Shown: in pieces, positions 9,735 through 19,629 of the stretch | Position numbering within the stretch: the stretch's first letter is position 1 | Layout of the letters: every line of letters starts with the position of its first letter | DNA from: Polyangiales bacterium | GTDB lineage: Bacteria > Myxococcota_A > Polyangia > Polyangiales > Houyiibacteriaceae | Length of the DNA: 53,655 bases | Direction of reading: 5' to 3' | Assembly: GCA_045106895.1 (NCBI GenBank) | Contig: JBGCFM010000014.1 | Location: forward strand, 1 to 53,655 | Notes under the pieces: model-generated | The model's input: only the letters and a program-made list of their open reading frames with translations | The model's database searches: none | What the model was told of the DNA's origin: nothing | Translations under genes and position numbers: made by a program

Positions 9735-11198
9735 ATGTCCCCGACACAAACTACGCGAAAAGCCCTTACACTCACCCTCCTCGTCCTCTTGGGCTGTGGT
9801 GGAAGCCACGCGCCAGCCTACGGCGGAGCGCCCGGCGGAAGCTATCAGCCGAGCTCTTCCCCCTCCGCGACCACGGAGTCCGCCTCCGCCGACTACGCCG
9901 GGACCGAGTACGCCGGCGCCGAATCCGAGGCGCCCTACGAAGGTGGCGGCGTCGACTCCTACGCTGCTGAGTACGCTGCGCCCGTCGCCGAGGGGGCCGT
10001 TAGCGCTAGCGTCGCCGTCACGCCCGCGGCTGCGCCTTCAGCCAGCGCCGACAGCACAACCATCACGGCCACGACGACCACCACCGTCACCGTCGCCGTC
10101 GACACCCCCGCGCCGCCACAGGCCACTCCGCCCTCATTTGAAGTCGTCCGCCGCCCAGAGCCGCGTCGCCTCCTCACCGCCGCCACGGTGTCCGACCACG
10201 ACCGCCGCGACAACTACCTCGGCTACTTCCGGCGCCACATTGGCGAGGCCCAGCACTTCGAGTTGCCGATGGAGACGCGCACCCGATTCACGGTCACCGG
10301 CCGCAGCGGCCGCCCGGTCCTAAACGCGCCTGTCCGAGTCTGGGACACCGCGGGCCGAAGCGCCCTCGTCCGCACCCACGCCGACGGCATCTGCGATGTC
10401 CACCCTGCGCTCCTCGGTCTGCAGAACGTAGCCACAGTCCGCGTGGAGGCAGGCCAAAATGCGCGTAGTCAGCGCATCCAGGTTGGACGCTCCGAGCAGG
10501 TCGCGCTCCGACTCGCGGACCACGTGAGCCAGGGACCCTCGAGCCTGGACATCGCCTTTCTCATCGACGTCACCGGCAGCATGGAAGACGAGCTTCGCTA
10601 CGTGAATCGCGAGGTCGTCAGCATCGTCGACCGCATCCGAAGCGAGTCACAGCTCCCCGTTCGAATCGGAGCTGTCTTCTACCGCGACCGAAGCGACTCC
10701 GTGCCGCTTCAGCGCATTCAGTTCACAAGCGACGTGCAGGCTTTCGCCTCGGCGATGCACAGCGTCCGCGCCAGCGGCGGCGGCGACTACCCCGAAGACA
10801 TGAACGCCGGCTTCGCCACGGCCCTCGATGGGCTGAACTGGAGCGAAAGCACGGGCGCGGTCCGCGTTCTTATCCCCATCGCCGACGCGCCGCCCCAGAA
10901 CTACGGCGGCTTTGGCCACCACGCTGCGATTCAGTCCGCGCTCCAGCGAGGCATCCGTATCCTCCCCGTGGCGGCCAGCGGCGCAGACCGCAGCGTGGAG
11001 TTCCTCTTCCGTGCCTACGGTGCCGCGACCTCCACTCCCTACGTCTACCTCACAGACGACAGTGGTGTTGGTGGCTCACACATGGAAGCCGACACCGACC
11101 GCGTCGCCGTCGAGTTCTTCCACGATGTCCTCACTCGCCTACTTATATCCGATATCCGAGGTGAGGGAATGCACGAAGCGCGCGGCTTCGAGCAGTAG
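9735..11198 (+). CDS. VWA domain lipoprotein
   Basis: Lipobox LLGC, Ala/Ser/Thr-rich linker, LDIAFLIDVTGSM MIDAS, GGGDYPED, DAPP. Confidence 0.88.
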   Translation: MSPTQTTRKALTLTLLVLLGCGGSHAPAYGGAPGGSYQPSSSPSATTESASADYAGTEYAGAESEAPYEGGGVDSYAAEYAAPVAEGAVSASVAVTPAAAPSASADSTTITATTTTTVTVAVDTPAPPQATPPSFEVVRRPEPRRLLTAATVSDHDRRDNYLGYFRRHIGEAQHFELPMETRTRFTVTGRSGRPVLNAPVRVWDTAGRSALVRTHADGICDVHPALLGLQNVATVRVEAGQNARSQRIQVGRSEQVALRLADHVSQGPSSLDIAFLIDVTGSMEDELRYVNREVVSIVDRIRSESQLPVRIGAVFYRDRSDSVPLQRIQFTSDVQAFASAMHSVRASGGGDYPEDMNAGFATALDGLNWSESTGAVRVLIPIADAPPQNYGGFGHHAAIQSALQRGIRILPVAASGADRSVEFLFRAYGAATSTPYVYLTDDSGVGGSHMEADTDRVAVEFFHDVLTRLLISDIRGEGMHEARGFEQ

Positions 11199-11221
11199 CG
11201 CGGGTTGGCGCGTAACGTCGC

Positions 11222-11887
11222 TTAGAGAGCCTGAACGTCAACGAGGAGCTCGTTGCGCCGTAGGAAGGGGATGATGGCGGAGGGCGGGTCGTACTGAGCG
11301 ACGGTGACGGGAGACGTCATTTCGTAGCCCGTGCTCGCAACCCACTCCGTCAGTTCATCGGTGAGCTGCTCAACGCGCTGCGCTTCCGGGGACGAGCCGC
11401 TAAAGCGCACGGTCGCGACAAGCTGCCCCGAGTCCTCACGAAGTGTCACCCGCTCGTCGTCCGGCTGCGGAAGGTCGGCCAAGCGATACTCCGACGGCAT
11501 GGTGAAGGTGATGCGCCACCGGCCGTCGACGGGCGCTGCCTCAACGGGCGTTGTCATCGAGATGCTCTGGCCCTCGCGCTCTTCGTCCGCCGCCGCAGCT
11601 TCGACGGGTGTCGTCATCGCGATATCTCGGTTGCCACCAAAGATATAGCCGGCGAGTCGGCTAAACCCTTCACTCGTCGCAGACTCACGAGACGCGGCCT
11701 CGACGTACGTCTCTGCAACCACACGAGGCGCATACCGGCGGAGCTCAAAGTCCCCTTCGTGAGAGACTCGCTCGAACTCAGGCTCTTCAAAATACAGACG
11801 TGAGAGCTGGAGGGCTCCACCGACAGCGAGGGCGACGCCTCCAAGCGAGAGTAGCGCGCGCTTGAGAGTGAACTTTGGAAAAGCCAT
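11222..11887 (-). CDS. SOUL heme-binding family protein
   Basis: FELRRYAP, GFSRLAGYIFGGN, IxMTTPV, FTMPSEY, YDPP..PFLRRNE. Confidence 0.9.
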   Translation of the reverse strand: MAFPKFTLKRALLSLGGVALAVGGALQLSRLYFEEPEFERVSHEGDFELRRYAPRVVAETYVEAASRESATSEGFSRLAGYIFGGNRDIAMTTPVEAAAADEEREGQSISMTTPVEAAPVDGRWRITFTMPSEYRLADLPQPDDERVTLREDSGQLVATVRFSGSSPEAQRVEQLTDELTEWVASTGYEMTSPVTVAQYDPPSAIIPFLRRNELLVDVQAL

Positions 11888-11958
11888 GCCCAGGTGTCTG
11901 GGGCCACTCCGCACCAATGACCAGTATGCTTGGCGCTCCACTCCTCAAATGCGGACTG

Positions 11959-12858
11959 CTATTCTGGGCTCGATTCGAGCAGAGGCGCGTTCTCTGGAAG
12001 GGCCAACTGAATCCGATTCGGCTCCACCTGGAAGTGATGCGCCTTTCCCGTCACCGGCTCACCGTCAAGGTTCAAGGTCAGCGCTTCGTCGGCGCTCACG
12101 CTCAGCTCCGCGACTCGCCAGCGCACGCTCAGCGAGTCTAGGGCGCCGGAACCATCGAGCATCGAGCGCAGCCCATCGACGACGTTCATGGTGTCCAAGT
12201 ACGGGATGATCGTGACGTCGAGCAGCCCATCGTCCACCCGCGCTTCCGGACACATCACTTGACCACCGCCGGCCTGGCGCCCGTTTCCGACGGCGAGAGC
12301 CAAGAGGTCCCCCTCCCAGACCCCTTCGGCGGACTCGATGTGCGCGCGGGATGGCTCAAGTGACGCGAAACGTGACACGCCCGTGAGAAAGTAGGCGGCG
12401 CCACCGAGCATCTCCTTGAGCGTAGCGTCCGTGCTCGTCGTCACCTCGGTTCCAAAGCCGCCGGTGGCGACATTCAGAAACGCGCGCTCGTTCGCCCAGC
12501 CAACATCACACGCAACGGACTTGGCGCTAAGCGCAAGTTCGAGCGCCTGGTCCATGCCTGCCGGGATCCCCGCGGAGCGCGCGAAGTCGTTCGCCGTTCC
12601 CAGCGGCAACACACCGAGGACACCACGAAAGCCAGCCTCCAGCAGACCATCCAAGACCTCGTTGATACTGCCATCGCCGCCGCCGGCGATGACGCGCTCG
12701 ACACCCTCGGCGGTGGCCTCGCGGGCGAAGCGTCGTGCGTCGCCGGCTTCCCATGTCACACGAACTTCGACCTGATGACGCTCTCGAGCCGCCTCCACCG
12801 CGTCGCGCACCTCTTGGTTCGCGCCCTGTTTCCCGTGAAGGATGATGCGTGCAGACAT
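11959..12858 (-). CDS. yegS: lipid kinase YegS (DAGK family)
   Basis: VRVTWEAGDA, AGGGDGSINEV, LPLGTANDFA, GNGRQAGGG, NLDGEP. Confidence 0.9.
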   Translation of the reverse strand: MSARIILHGKQGANQEVRDAVEAARERHQVEVRVTWEAGDARRFAREATAEGVERVIAGGGDGSINEVLDGLLEAGFRGVLGVLPLGTANDFARSAGIPAGMDQALELALSAKSVACDVGWANERAFLNVATGGFGTEVTTSTDATLKEMLGGAAYFLTGVSRFASLEPSRAHIESAEGVWEGDLLALAVGNGRQAGGGQVMCPEARVDDGLLDVTIIPYLDTMNVVDGLRSMLDGSGALDSLSVRWRVAELSVSADEALTLNLDGEPVTGKAHHFQVEPNRIQLALPENAPLLESSPE

Positions 12859-12871
12859 CCCGACGATACCC

Positions 12872-14812
12872 TTAGGGGTTGGTGAGCTCAGCTAGGTCGA
12901 GAACGACGGCGTGCCTCTGCTCGCCCTCTTCGTCGTAGTAGATCGCGCTCAGCGCGTCCTCGCGAACCCGCAACTCCACAAAGTTGTTGTAGGAGTCGCA
13001 GTAGCGCACCTCCGTACCATTGGTGGTGCTGCCGAGGGTGCACGCACTCCGTGTATCGACGTCGCGGCTGTACTGGGCCAGCGGTGATGACACGAACTCG
13101 TAGAAGCTATACCCGTCTTCGCGCGGCGCCACGCGCACCTGACTGCGGTGGATATCGCCAGAGAGGAAGACGACGCCGGAGACATCTGCTTCGTGAATGG
13201 ACGAGTAGAGAGCCTCGCGCTGCTCCGGGAACGAGTTCCACGAGTCGATGCCGTTCGACGTCATCAGGCTGCCACACGCGATCAACTTGAACGGAGCCTC
13301 GGACTCGCCCAGCGCATCGACGAGCCACTCGTACTGCGGTGTTCCAAGCAGACCACCCGCCGTGTCCGTCAGAATCTCACCGGAGTTTGTGCATCGACGC
13401 CCTTCGTCTCGGTCCGTCCCGTCTGCGTTCGCTAGACGAGGACGGTACGAGCGACAGTCCAACACAAAGAGCTCCGCGGCTCCCATTCGGTGGCGGTAGT
13501 AGGTCCCTGGTGCCTCTTCGAGTCCAAACGCTGGGTTCGGCCAGTACTCCTGCACGGCCTGCAACGCGCGCTCTCGCCCGTCGCACTCGCCGTCTGTGTT
13601 GTTGCCGAGGAAGTCATGGTCGTCCCAGGTTGCAGCCATGGGCACCCGCGCCAACAGGTTCGCACGCGCTTCAACGCGAAGAGGGTCACGCAAGAAGTCC
13701 CGGTGCTTGGAGAGTGTTTGTGCGTTTCCATAGTGCGAGTCGCCGACGAAGAGAAACGCATCCAAGTCACGTTCGCCGAGATGACCAAAGATGCTCGCCT
13801 GCTGTGCCCGGTATACGTCTGTGCTCGTCTTCGCGCAGGACCCCAGCGCGATCCGTACCGTGTCTGTCAGTCCCGGCGCGGTCTTGATGGGCAAGAACTC
13901 GCCCTGGGGCTCATCGTCGACGGTGACGCGATAGTAGTACGTCGTGTTTGCGGCGAGACCGTCGGGGTCGAAACGCACGGTGTAGTCAGCGTCAGGCTCG
14001 GCGTACTGATACGCCACCGTCGTCGCGCCCATGCCGTCCGCGTCGAAGGCAAGCTCCAATCCGTAGAGGCGCGTAGCATCCCCGCGCAACCAAACCGTGA
14101 CACCGTCTTCCCGTGGAAGTCCCTGCACCGGGCCCGCCGTTAGCGGGCCACCGAAGCAGCTCACGCAATCGTTGGCGAGGTCCGTTTCCCAGCTAGGCAG
14201 GCCAACGTCCGCGGCTTCCGTACTCAAGTACACGTCCGTCAGACGTCCGCAATGCACGGGACGCCCATCGAAGCGAACATCGATGCACGCGGGCTGAAAC
14301 TGGTTTTCACCGCCAGCGAGCATACGAATTTGCGCCACACCATCGCGTTCCAGTTCCAGGCCTTCGACGTGCTGCACATGCGTGCGCCACGGAGAGAGCG
14401 TCATCTCTTCCCCGTCGTGGTCCATGGTCACGCACGTGTCGTCGAAACAAACCTGCGTGGGGTTCGGCGTTCCTGCAAACTCCGATGGCGCCGTCTCCAG
14501 ACTGATCGTCACGGTTCCGACCGTCGAAGGCGGCGGCGCTAAATCCGCGGGTCGCTCCGCTGGCACCAGCATCGGCGGCCCGCTCGTATCTGGTTCGTCC
14601 AGCACATCCGCCAAGTGCACATCTTGCGCCGTCGAAACATCGGTCGTCGCGTCGCTTCGTGAACTGGCATCGACTCGCGGAACACATACGCTGTCGACGC
14701 ACTGTTGAGCGCCGTTGCAGTCTGCGTCGACATCGCAAGAGGAAGAGGAATCGTCGTCGCCGCACCCTGCGAACACACCGAGGACAGAAAGGAAGAGCGC
14801 GGGCGCTCTCAT
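12872..14812 (-). CDS. alkaline phosphatase D (PhoD) family lipoprotein
   Basis: Lipobox FAGC, Cys-rich N-terminus, GSC, VGDSHY, WDDHD, LDCRSYR, LSGDIH. Confidence 0.88.
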   Translation of the reverse strand: MRAPALFLSVLGVFAGCGDDDSSSSCDVDADCNGAQQCVDSVCVPRVDASSRSDATTDVSTAQDVHLADVLDEPDTSGPPMLVPAERPADLAPPPSTVGTVTISLETAPSEFAGTPNPTQVCFDDTCVTMDHDGEEMTLSPWRTHVQHVEGLELERDGVAQIRMLAGGENQFQPACIDVRFDGRPVHCGRLTDVYLSTEAADVGLPSWETDLANDCVSCFGGPLTAGPVQGLPREDGVTVWLRGDATRLYGLELAFDADGMGATTVAYQYAEPDADYTVRFDPDGLAANTTYYYRVTVDDEPQGEFLPIKTAPGLTDTVRIALGSCAKTSTDVYRAQQASIFGHLGERDLDAFLFVGDSHYGNAQTLSKHRDFLRDPLRVEARANLLARVPMAATWDDHDFLGNNTDGECDGRERALQAVQEYWPNPAFGLEEAPGTYYRHRMGAAELFVLDCRSYRPRLANADGTDRDEGRRCTNSGEILTDTAGGLLGTPQYEWLVDALGESEAPFKLIACGSLMTSNGIDSWNSFPEQREALYSSIHEADVSGVVFLSGDIHRSQVRVAPREDGYSFYEFVSSPLAQYSRDVDTRSACTLGSTTNGTEVRYCDSYNNFVELRVREDALSAIYYDEEGEQRHAVVLDLAELTNP

Positions 14813-14919
14813 GTGAGCGAGAGACTTCGATAGCGTAAGCACGGCGAAATCTTAGCACGACCTCGCAACCCACTCAGATGAAGCTCGCAGGTCTGACGAG
14901 TGCTATCTTTCGGCTCAAT

Positions 14920-15615
14920 ATGAAGTGCCCCGCATGCAACGCCGAAGTGCCTGCCAAGGAGATCCGTCGAGAACGCAGCGTCGCCCGATGTCCTCGTTGC
15001 CAGGTCTCCATCGATCTCGCCGAAGGCGACGAGGTGGTCGCCCTCGGCTTTCGTGAGCCGGAAATCGACGGCCTCGTCGTTGAAATCGACGAAGAGCCCA
15101 AGAAGTCCGATACCTACCGAGACGCCATCGCATCCGGCGGACGTTTTTACGCCCGCACCCGCTGGCGACACAGAGGGCTCATCTTTCTCACCATCTTCGC
15201 CCTCTTCTGGAACAGCTTCTTGGTGGTCTGGTACAGCCTCGTCGGGGGCATGGGTGCGCCAATATTCTTTGTACTCTTTCCACTGATCCATGTCGGCGTA
15301 GGCGTTGGGGTCCTGTGGCAAGTGCTCAGCGGCTGGCTCAACCACACGCACATCCGAGTCGAAGACCGTCGCTTGGAGGTCGTTCACAAACCCATCCCGA
15401 CCCTCTTCGACAAGATGAAGCCCGCGCTCCTCGACGAGGTCGATATGTTCATGGTGGAAGAGACCCTGTCGAACCAGAACCAGGGACACAAGAGCACCTC
15501 CGGCTGGCGCATCGACGCGCGCCTGAAGAGTGGCGCGACTGTTCCCGTCGTCACCCGCCTTCGAAATGAAGCCGCCGCACATTTCATCGCCCGCCGACTC
15601 GAAGCGCAGCTCTAG
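14920..15615 (+). CDS. membrane protein with N-terminal zinc-ribbon
   Basis: CPAC...CPRC then two TM helices (FALFWNSF, FPLIHVGVG). Confidence 0.7.
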   Translation: MKCPACNAEVPAKEIRRERSVARCPRCQVSIDLAEGDEVVALGFREPEIDGLVVEIDEEPKKSDTYRDAIASGGRFYARTRWRHRGLIFLTIFALFWNSFLVVWYSLVGGMGAPIFFVLFPLIHVGVGVGVLWQVLSGWLNHTHIRVEDRRLEVVHKPIPTLFDKMKPALLDEVDMFMVEETLSNQNQGHKSTSGWRIDARLKSGATVPVVTRLRNEAAAHFIARRLEAQL

Positions 15616-15653
15616 CTGCGGAATTTTTCACAGTTGCTGCTAGGCCGCGCGCT

Positions 15654-16583
15654 TCAGCCGTACTTCTTGTCGAAGCCCGCCGGGTCGGGCGGCGGCACCG
15701 TCAGTCCACGCAAGCTGCTCGGAGAGTTCAGCCGAAGCGCCGCGAACTGCTCCTGCGCGACCAAGAACCTTGGCCGCGGCTCTCCTGGCTTAACACCGAA
15801 GGACTGGCCGGTAATCCGTGATAGCGCGGCGAGCGCATCTTCGCGCAGTTCGGGTCTACGATCCGCGAGGGCTTCGATGAGCCAGTCGATGCGACTGCGG
15901 GTCTGACTCTTCTCCGCCCAGCGCTGCCACGCCGAGCGCATATTTCCTAGGTCGTGACATGTAAGGGTGCGCAGCGCTTCATGCGCCGCGCGAGCGATAC
16001 TCCTGTCTGCATCACCGAGGAGATCGATGAATGGAGCGAGGGCACGTGGGTCGCCGAACATCGCCAGAAGCTCCATGCTTCGTCGACGGCGTTGCTGACT
16101 CGTCTGTGAACTGACGAGAAGACCACGCAGCCAAACGCAGCCGTTGTGAAGCAGCCCCTCGTAGCCCGCGACGGTTTCCCGTGCCTGAGAGCGGAGCGGC
16201 TCTGCTGCATCAAGAGCGAGCGCGAGAAGTGGGCGAACGAACTCAGCGCGCGGTGAGAGCTTGGCGAACTCCGTTGCAGCACGCCGCATCTCCAAGGAGT
16301 CGCTGCCAAAACCCACCAGCACAACCCCGGTCATTCGGTCACGGAAAGGAACGAGCGTTCTGACGTCGTGGGTTCCAAGTCGACGGATCAGAGCGTCTGT
16401 GATCACGTCCTCGTCGAAGTCCGTCAGCGCCGCCGGGTCCTCGGTCTTTTGGAAGAAATCCAAAGCCGACTCCACACCATGGTTGCTCTTGGCGCGGATA
16501 AATGACTCACGAGGCGGCTCCGAAGGTTCGCGGCGAACCACTTTCTCGGGGTTTTGCCTCAAATATCGCTTGTCCGAACTCAC
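15654..16583 (-). CDS. HEAT-repeat domain protein
   Basis: HEAT-like units (ALAPFIDLLGDADRSIARAAHEALRTLT; LIEALAD..LREDALAALSRITGQSFG). Confidence 0.7.
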   Translation of the reverse strand: MSSDKRYLRQNPEKVVRREPSEPPRESFIRAKSNHGVESALDFFQKTEDPAALTDFDEDVITDALIRRLGTHDVRTLVPFRDRMTGVVLVGFGSDSLEMRRAATEFAKLSPRAEFVRPLLALALDAAEPLRSQARETVAGYEGLLHNGCVWLRGLLVSSQTSQQRRRRSMELLAMFGDPRALAPFIDLLGDADRSIARAAHEALRTLTCHDLGNMRSAWQRWAEKSQTRSRIDWLIEALADRRPELREDALAALSRITGQSFGVKPGEPRPRFLVAQEQFAALRLNSPSSLRGLTVPPPDPAGFDKKYG

Positions 16584-16649
16584 GCGAAACTTCTAGCACA
16601 ACTGGAGCCCCATATGAGGGATACGTGCCCGAATTCCTGAATAATTGCG

Positions 16650-16982
16650 TCAGAGCGGAATCGGACCGAGATGCACCCGCGAAGGACGTTCTCCCAGTGC
16701 TCGGCACTCCGGCGCGGGGGAACCGACGTTCGCCTCGGCCATCTGGTAGCAGACAAAGAGCTTCTCGCGCTCGCAGCCGTTCACGCGGTAACGAGCCGCC
16801 TGTCGGTCCTGGCCCATTCGGAACCCTTCGGGGGTCTCGTCCTGCACGTCGAGATGCCCATGCTCACAGTCGAGCATTCGACGCGCTTGGGTGTCGAGGA
16901 CCTCGCGGTGGTAGTCCATCATCGAATAGGGCGTGCAGCCAACGAACAGAGCGCCGACACACAGAGCGAGCAGCTCACGCAT
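16650..16982 (-). CDS. hypothetical lipoprotein
   Basis: Lipobox FVGC; ARRMLDC...YRVNGC; start overlaps the TPR gene stop. Confidence 0.65.
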   Translation of the reverse strand: MRELLALCVGALFVGCTPYSMMDYHREVLDTQARRMLDCEHGHLDVQDETPEGFRMGQDRQAARYRVNGCEREKLFVCYQMAEANVGSPAPECRALGERPSRVHLGPIPL

Positions 16983-17682
16983 CTTTGGTCTCAGACATAC
17001 GCAAGTACATTTGCGCAGCCTTGTGCTCCGGGTCGATCTCTCGTGCCTTTTCCCAGGCCGCGCGCGCAGCGTCGGTGTCACCAAGGGTCAACTCCACAAC
17101 ACCAAGTGCCACGTGCGCCGGGACGTACTTCGGCCGCGCGTCGAGAGCCAAGCGGAGCTCGTAGCGAGACGCCTCGAGGTCACCCTGCTGACGGTAGAGG
17201 TTCGCCAAGCGCAGTCGAAGGTCCGCAAAGGCTGGACACAGAAGCACAGCCTTCCGGTACTCGTGAATCGCCTCCACCGTGAGTCCAGCGTCCGCATAGG
17301 CCGTCGCGACCTCCGCGTGAAGATTCGCGATCTTCCCCTTCACGAAGGGGTCGAGCTGGCCCGGCGAGTGGTCTCCACCCGCGATGGCCTTGTGGTAGAT
17401 CTCCTTGGCCTCGTCGTAACGACCGAGGTCGTTGTAGGTCACCGCCAGATTCAATGACGCCTCGGTGTAGCGAGGATTGATGGCGAGGGCCTTCTCAAAG
17501 CGCGTCTGCGCTTCTTCGAAGAGTCCGCGGTCGTGGTACACCACACCAAGCATGTTGAAGACGTCGGCGAACTCGACGCCCCGCTCTTCGACCTGCTTGA
17601 GGTAGTGCTCCGCTTTCTCGAACTCGCGCTTGTCGTAGTGTTCACGACCCAGGGCGAGGAGCTGTTTGCTGCGGTCATCCAT
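16975..17682 (-). CDS. tetratricopeptide repeat protein
   Basis: About six canonical TPRs ([16 protein letters not shown] etc.). Confidence 0.9.
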   Translation of the reverse strand: MDDRSKQLLALGREHYDKREFEKAEHYLKQVEERGVEFADVFNMLGVVYHDRGLFEEAQTRFEKALAINPRYTEASLNLAVTYNDLGRYDEAKEIYHKAIAGGDHSPGQLDPFVKGKIANLHAEVATAYADAGLTVEAIHEYRKAVLLCPAFADLRLRLANLYRQQGDLEASRYELRLALDARPKYVPAHVALGVVELTLGDTDAARAAWEKAREIDPEHKAAQMYLRMSETKDA

Positions 17683-17742
17683 CGGTGAGGATGAGCATAC
17701 TACAAAATCCCAAGGGTCAAACTTAGGCGCAGAAGCAGTGCT

Positions 17743-18528
17743 TCAAGCCTCGGGCAGATCGGCCATGGCAGAGCGTGCGGCGCCAGCTTCTTCAGACTGC
17801 GGAAAGCGCTCAAGCAGCTCTTCGTAGGCGCGGCGTGCCCGAGACGCGTCATCCATCTCTTCGAAGGTCTGCCCGAGCATGAGCAACGCCTCCGACTCAA
17901 CCTCCGCGCCTTCGTACGTGCGAAGCAGCGTTTGCAAACGGTTGACCACAGCGGGATAGGCGTCACGACGCAGGTAGAACTTCGCCGCGTAAAACTCGTG
18001 GTTTGCCAAGAAGTTCAAGCACTCGCCGATGATGCGCCGAGCGTCTTCGACACGATCGCTCTCGGGGTAATCGAGCACAAAGCGCCGCATCTGGCGAAGA
18101 GCATCCTGCGTCGCGCTGGGGTCGCGCTCATGGGTCGGTGGCGAAAGCAGCCACGCACTTGGAATCTGCTCGTAATGACATTCCGCCACTCGAAAACGGG
18201 CGTACTCCACCTGTGTGTGTGAGGGCCGGAACCGAATGAACTGGCGGTAGGCGCTGATCGCCTCCGCATACTGGGTCTGCTTGAACTTGCAGTCCGCAAC
18301 GCGAAGCTCAGCGAGGGCAGCGAAGCGGCTGTATGGGTACTCTCGGCGAACACGCCGGAACGCTGGCTCAGCGTCGATGCAGTTATCTCGGCGGAAAGCG
18401 CCGAGCGCATTCTCGTACGCTTCTTGAGCGTCCCGGCCATAAGCAACACGAGAGCCACCGCCACCCGGGGTTGAAATGCCGGTGCAGGCCGATAGACACA
18501 CTAGAATGACCGCAAAAACCCCGCGCAT
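17743..18528 (-). CDS. bamD: outer membrane protein assembly factor BamD
   Basis: Lipobox LSAC; YPYSRFAALAELRVAD, FIRFRPSH, RDPSAT, LANHEFYAAKFY. Confidence 0.9.
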   Translation of the reverse strand: MRGVFAVILVCLSACTGISTPGGGGSRVAYGRDAQEAYENALGAFRRDNCIDAEPAFRRVRREYPYSRFAALAELRVADCKFKQTQYAEAISAYRQFIRFRPSHTQVEYARFRVAECHYEQIPSAWLLSPPTHERDPSATQDALRQMRRFVLDYPESDRVEDARRIIGECLNFLANHEFYAAKFYLRRDAYPAVVNRLQTLLRTYEGAEVESEALLMLGQTFEEMDDASRARRAYEELLERFPQSEEAGAARSAMADLPEA

Positions 18529-18642
18529 AGAAGCGGGCGTAGCAGTGGGGTCCTTCCTAGGCAAGAGCCTCGGGGCGGAGAAGGCGAAGGATGTACGCGG
18601 CTAATTTGCCGGCACCCAGGGCGTCTGGGCTACCATGCCCAC

Positions 18643-19590
18643 ATGAACGCCCGGGTAGACCACGCGCTTCTCGCTTTTCGGCGGCTGCTTTCCGAAGCAG
18701 CTTCGGGCGGACAGACGAAGGTGGATGCCCTTGTCGCGCTCACCCAGCGAACGGTCATCGTCCCCACGTGGACGCCTTACGGCGACGATTTTCGCCCTCT
18801 TCTCAGCAGCGACGGCCAAAACGCTCTCCCACTCTTCACCAGCATGGACCAGCTGGAAGAGGCCGCGCGCCGTTTTGGATGGATGCAGCCCGATGGCAGC
18901 GTGCCTCATCAAGAAGTCGGCTCCCGCGCCGCTTTTCGGCATGCCCTTGCCAACCGCCTCCAGTTCATCGTGTTGGATATCACCGCTGCGCACGCCCTCG
19001 AGGTTGCCCGCGAAGAGATCGAGCCACTCCTCGATTCACGCAGTCACTCCGACTCGGCGGGAGCCTTCGCCGCCGTGGGCCGCATCTCGGACCAGATGCT
19101 CAAAGCGGTGCGCCCCTCAAGCGTGCCGGCCGCGGCACCCACCGACGTTATTCCTGCGCCCGCCATGCCCAGCAATGCGGTCATGGCGCCCATCTCAAGT
19201 GGGCCTCCGAGCAGCAACGAACTCTTGGCCGCGCTCACCCCGGCGCCCGCCGCTCCGGACACCTCGGTTCCCCTGGAGATCATCGAGCTCACCGCCGAAC
19301 CCAACGAAGCCGTCCTAGACAGCATTACTGAAGTGCTCCGAGGATTCCCGGAAGTCGAGTGGGCCGCCTTTGCGATGGCACGACGAGGTCAGGCGTCGCC
19401 GGCGCCCGTTATCGGGCTCCGCATCGACACAAACTACCGCGCCCGCGTCGTCGAGGTTTTCGACGCCGTCCAGCGTGCCGGCGCTCGTGCGGGACTCAAC
19501 GCAGAAGTATTGCTTCTCGATGAGAAGAAGCTCGTCCAATCGGTGCGGGCCAACTCTATCGTCTTCTTTCCCTGGCGTCGCCGCAGCTAA
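18643..19590 (+). CDS. SseB family protein (SseB plus SseB_C-like domains)
   Basis: DGQNALPLFTS motif, Pro/Ala linker, C-terminal FPEVEWA..PVIGL domain. Confidence 0.7.
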   Translation: MNARVDHALLAFRRLLSEAASGGQTKVDALVALTQRTVIVPTWTPYGDDFRPLLSSDGQNALPLFTSMDQLEEAARRFGWMQPDGSVPHQEVGSRAAFRHALANRLQFIVLDITAAHALEVAREEIEPLLDSRSHSDSAGAFAAVGRISDQMLKAVRPSSVPAAAPTDVIPAPAMPSNAVMAPISSGPPSSNELLAALTPAPAAPDTSVPLEIIELTAEPNEAVLDSITEVLRGFPEVEWAAFAMARRGQASPAPVIGLRIDTNYRARVVEVFDAVQRAGARAGLNAEVLLLDEKKLVQSVRANSIVFFPWRRRS

Positions 19591-19629
19591 CTGGCTTGAC
19601 GCCGGCTCGTCCTCGCTAATGCTAGGCGC

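Noticed and set aside
11520..11625. Repeated MTTPVEAA coding segment in the SOUL gene
   Set aside because: A repeated IxMTxPV motif is a common feature of bacterial SOUL proteins
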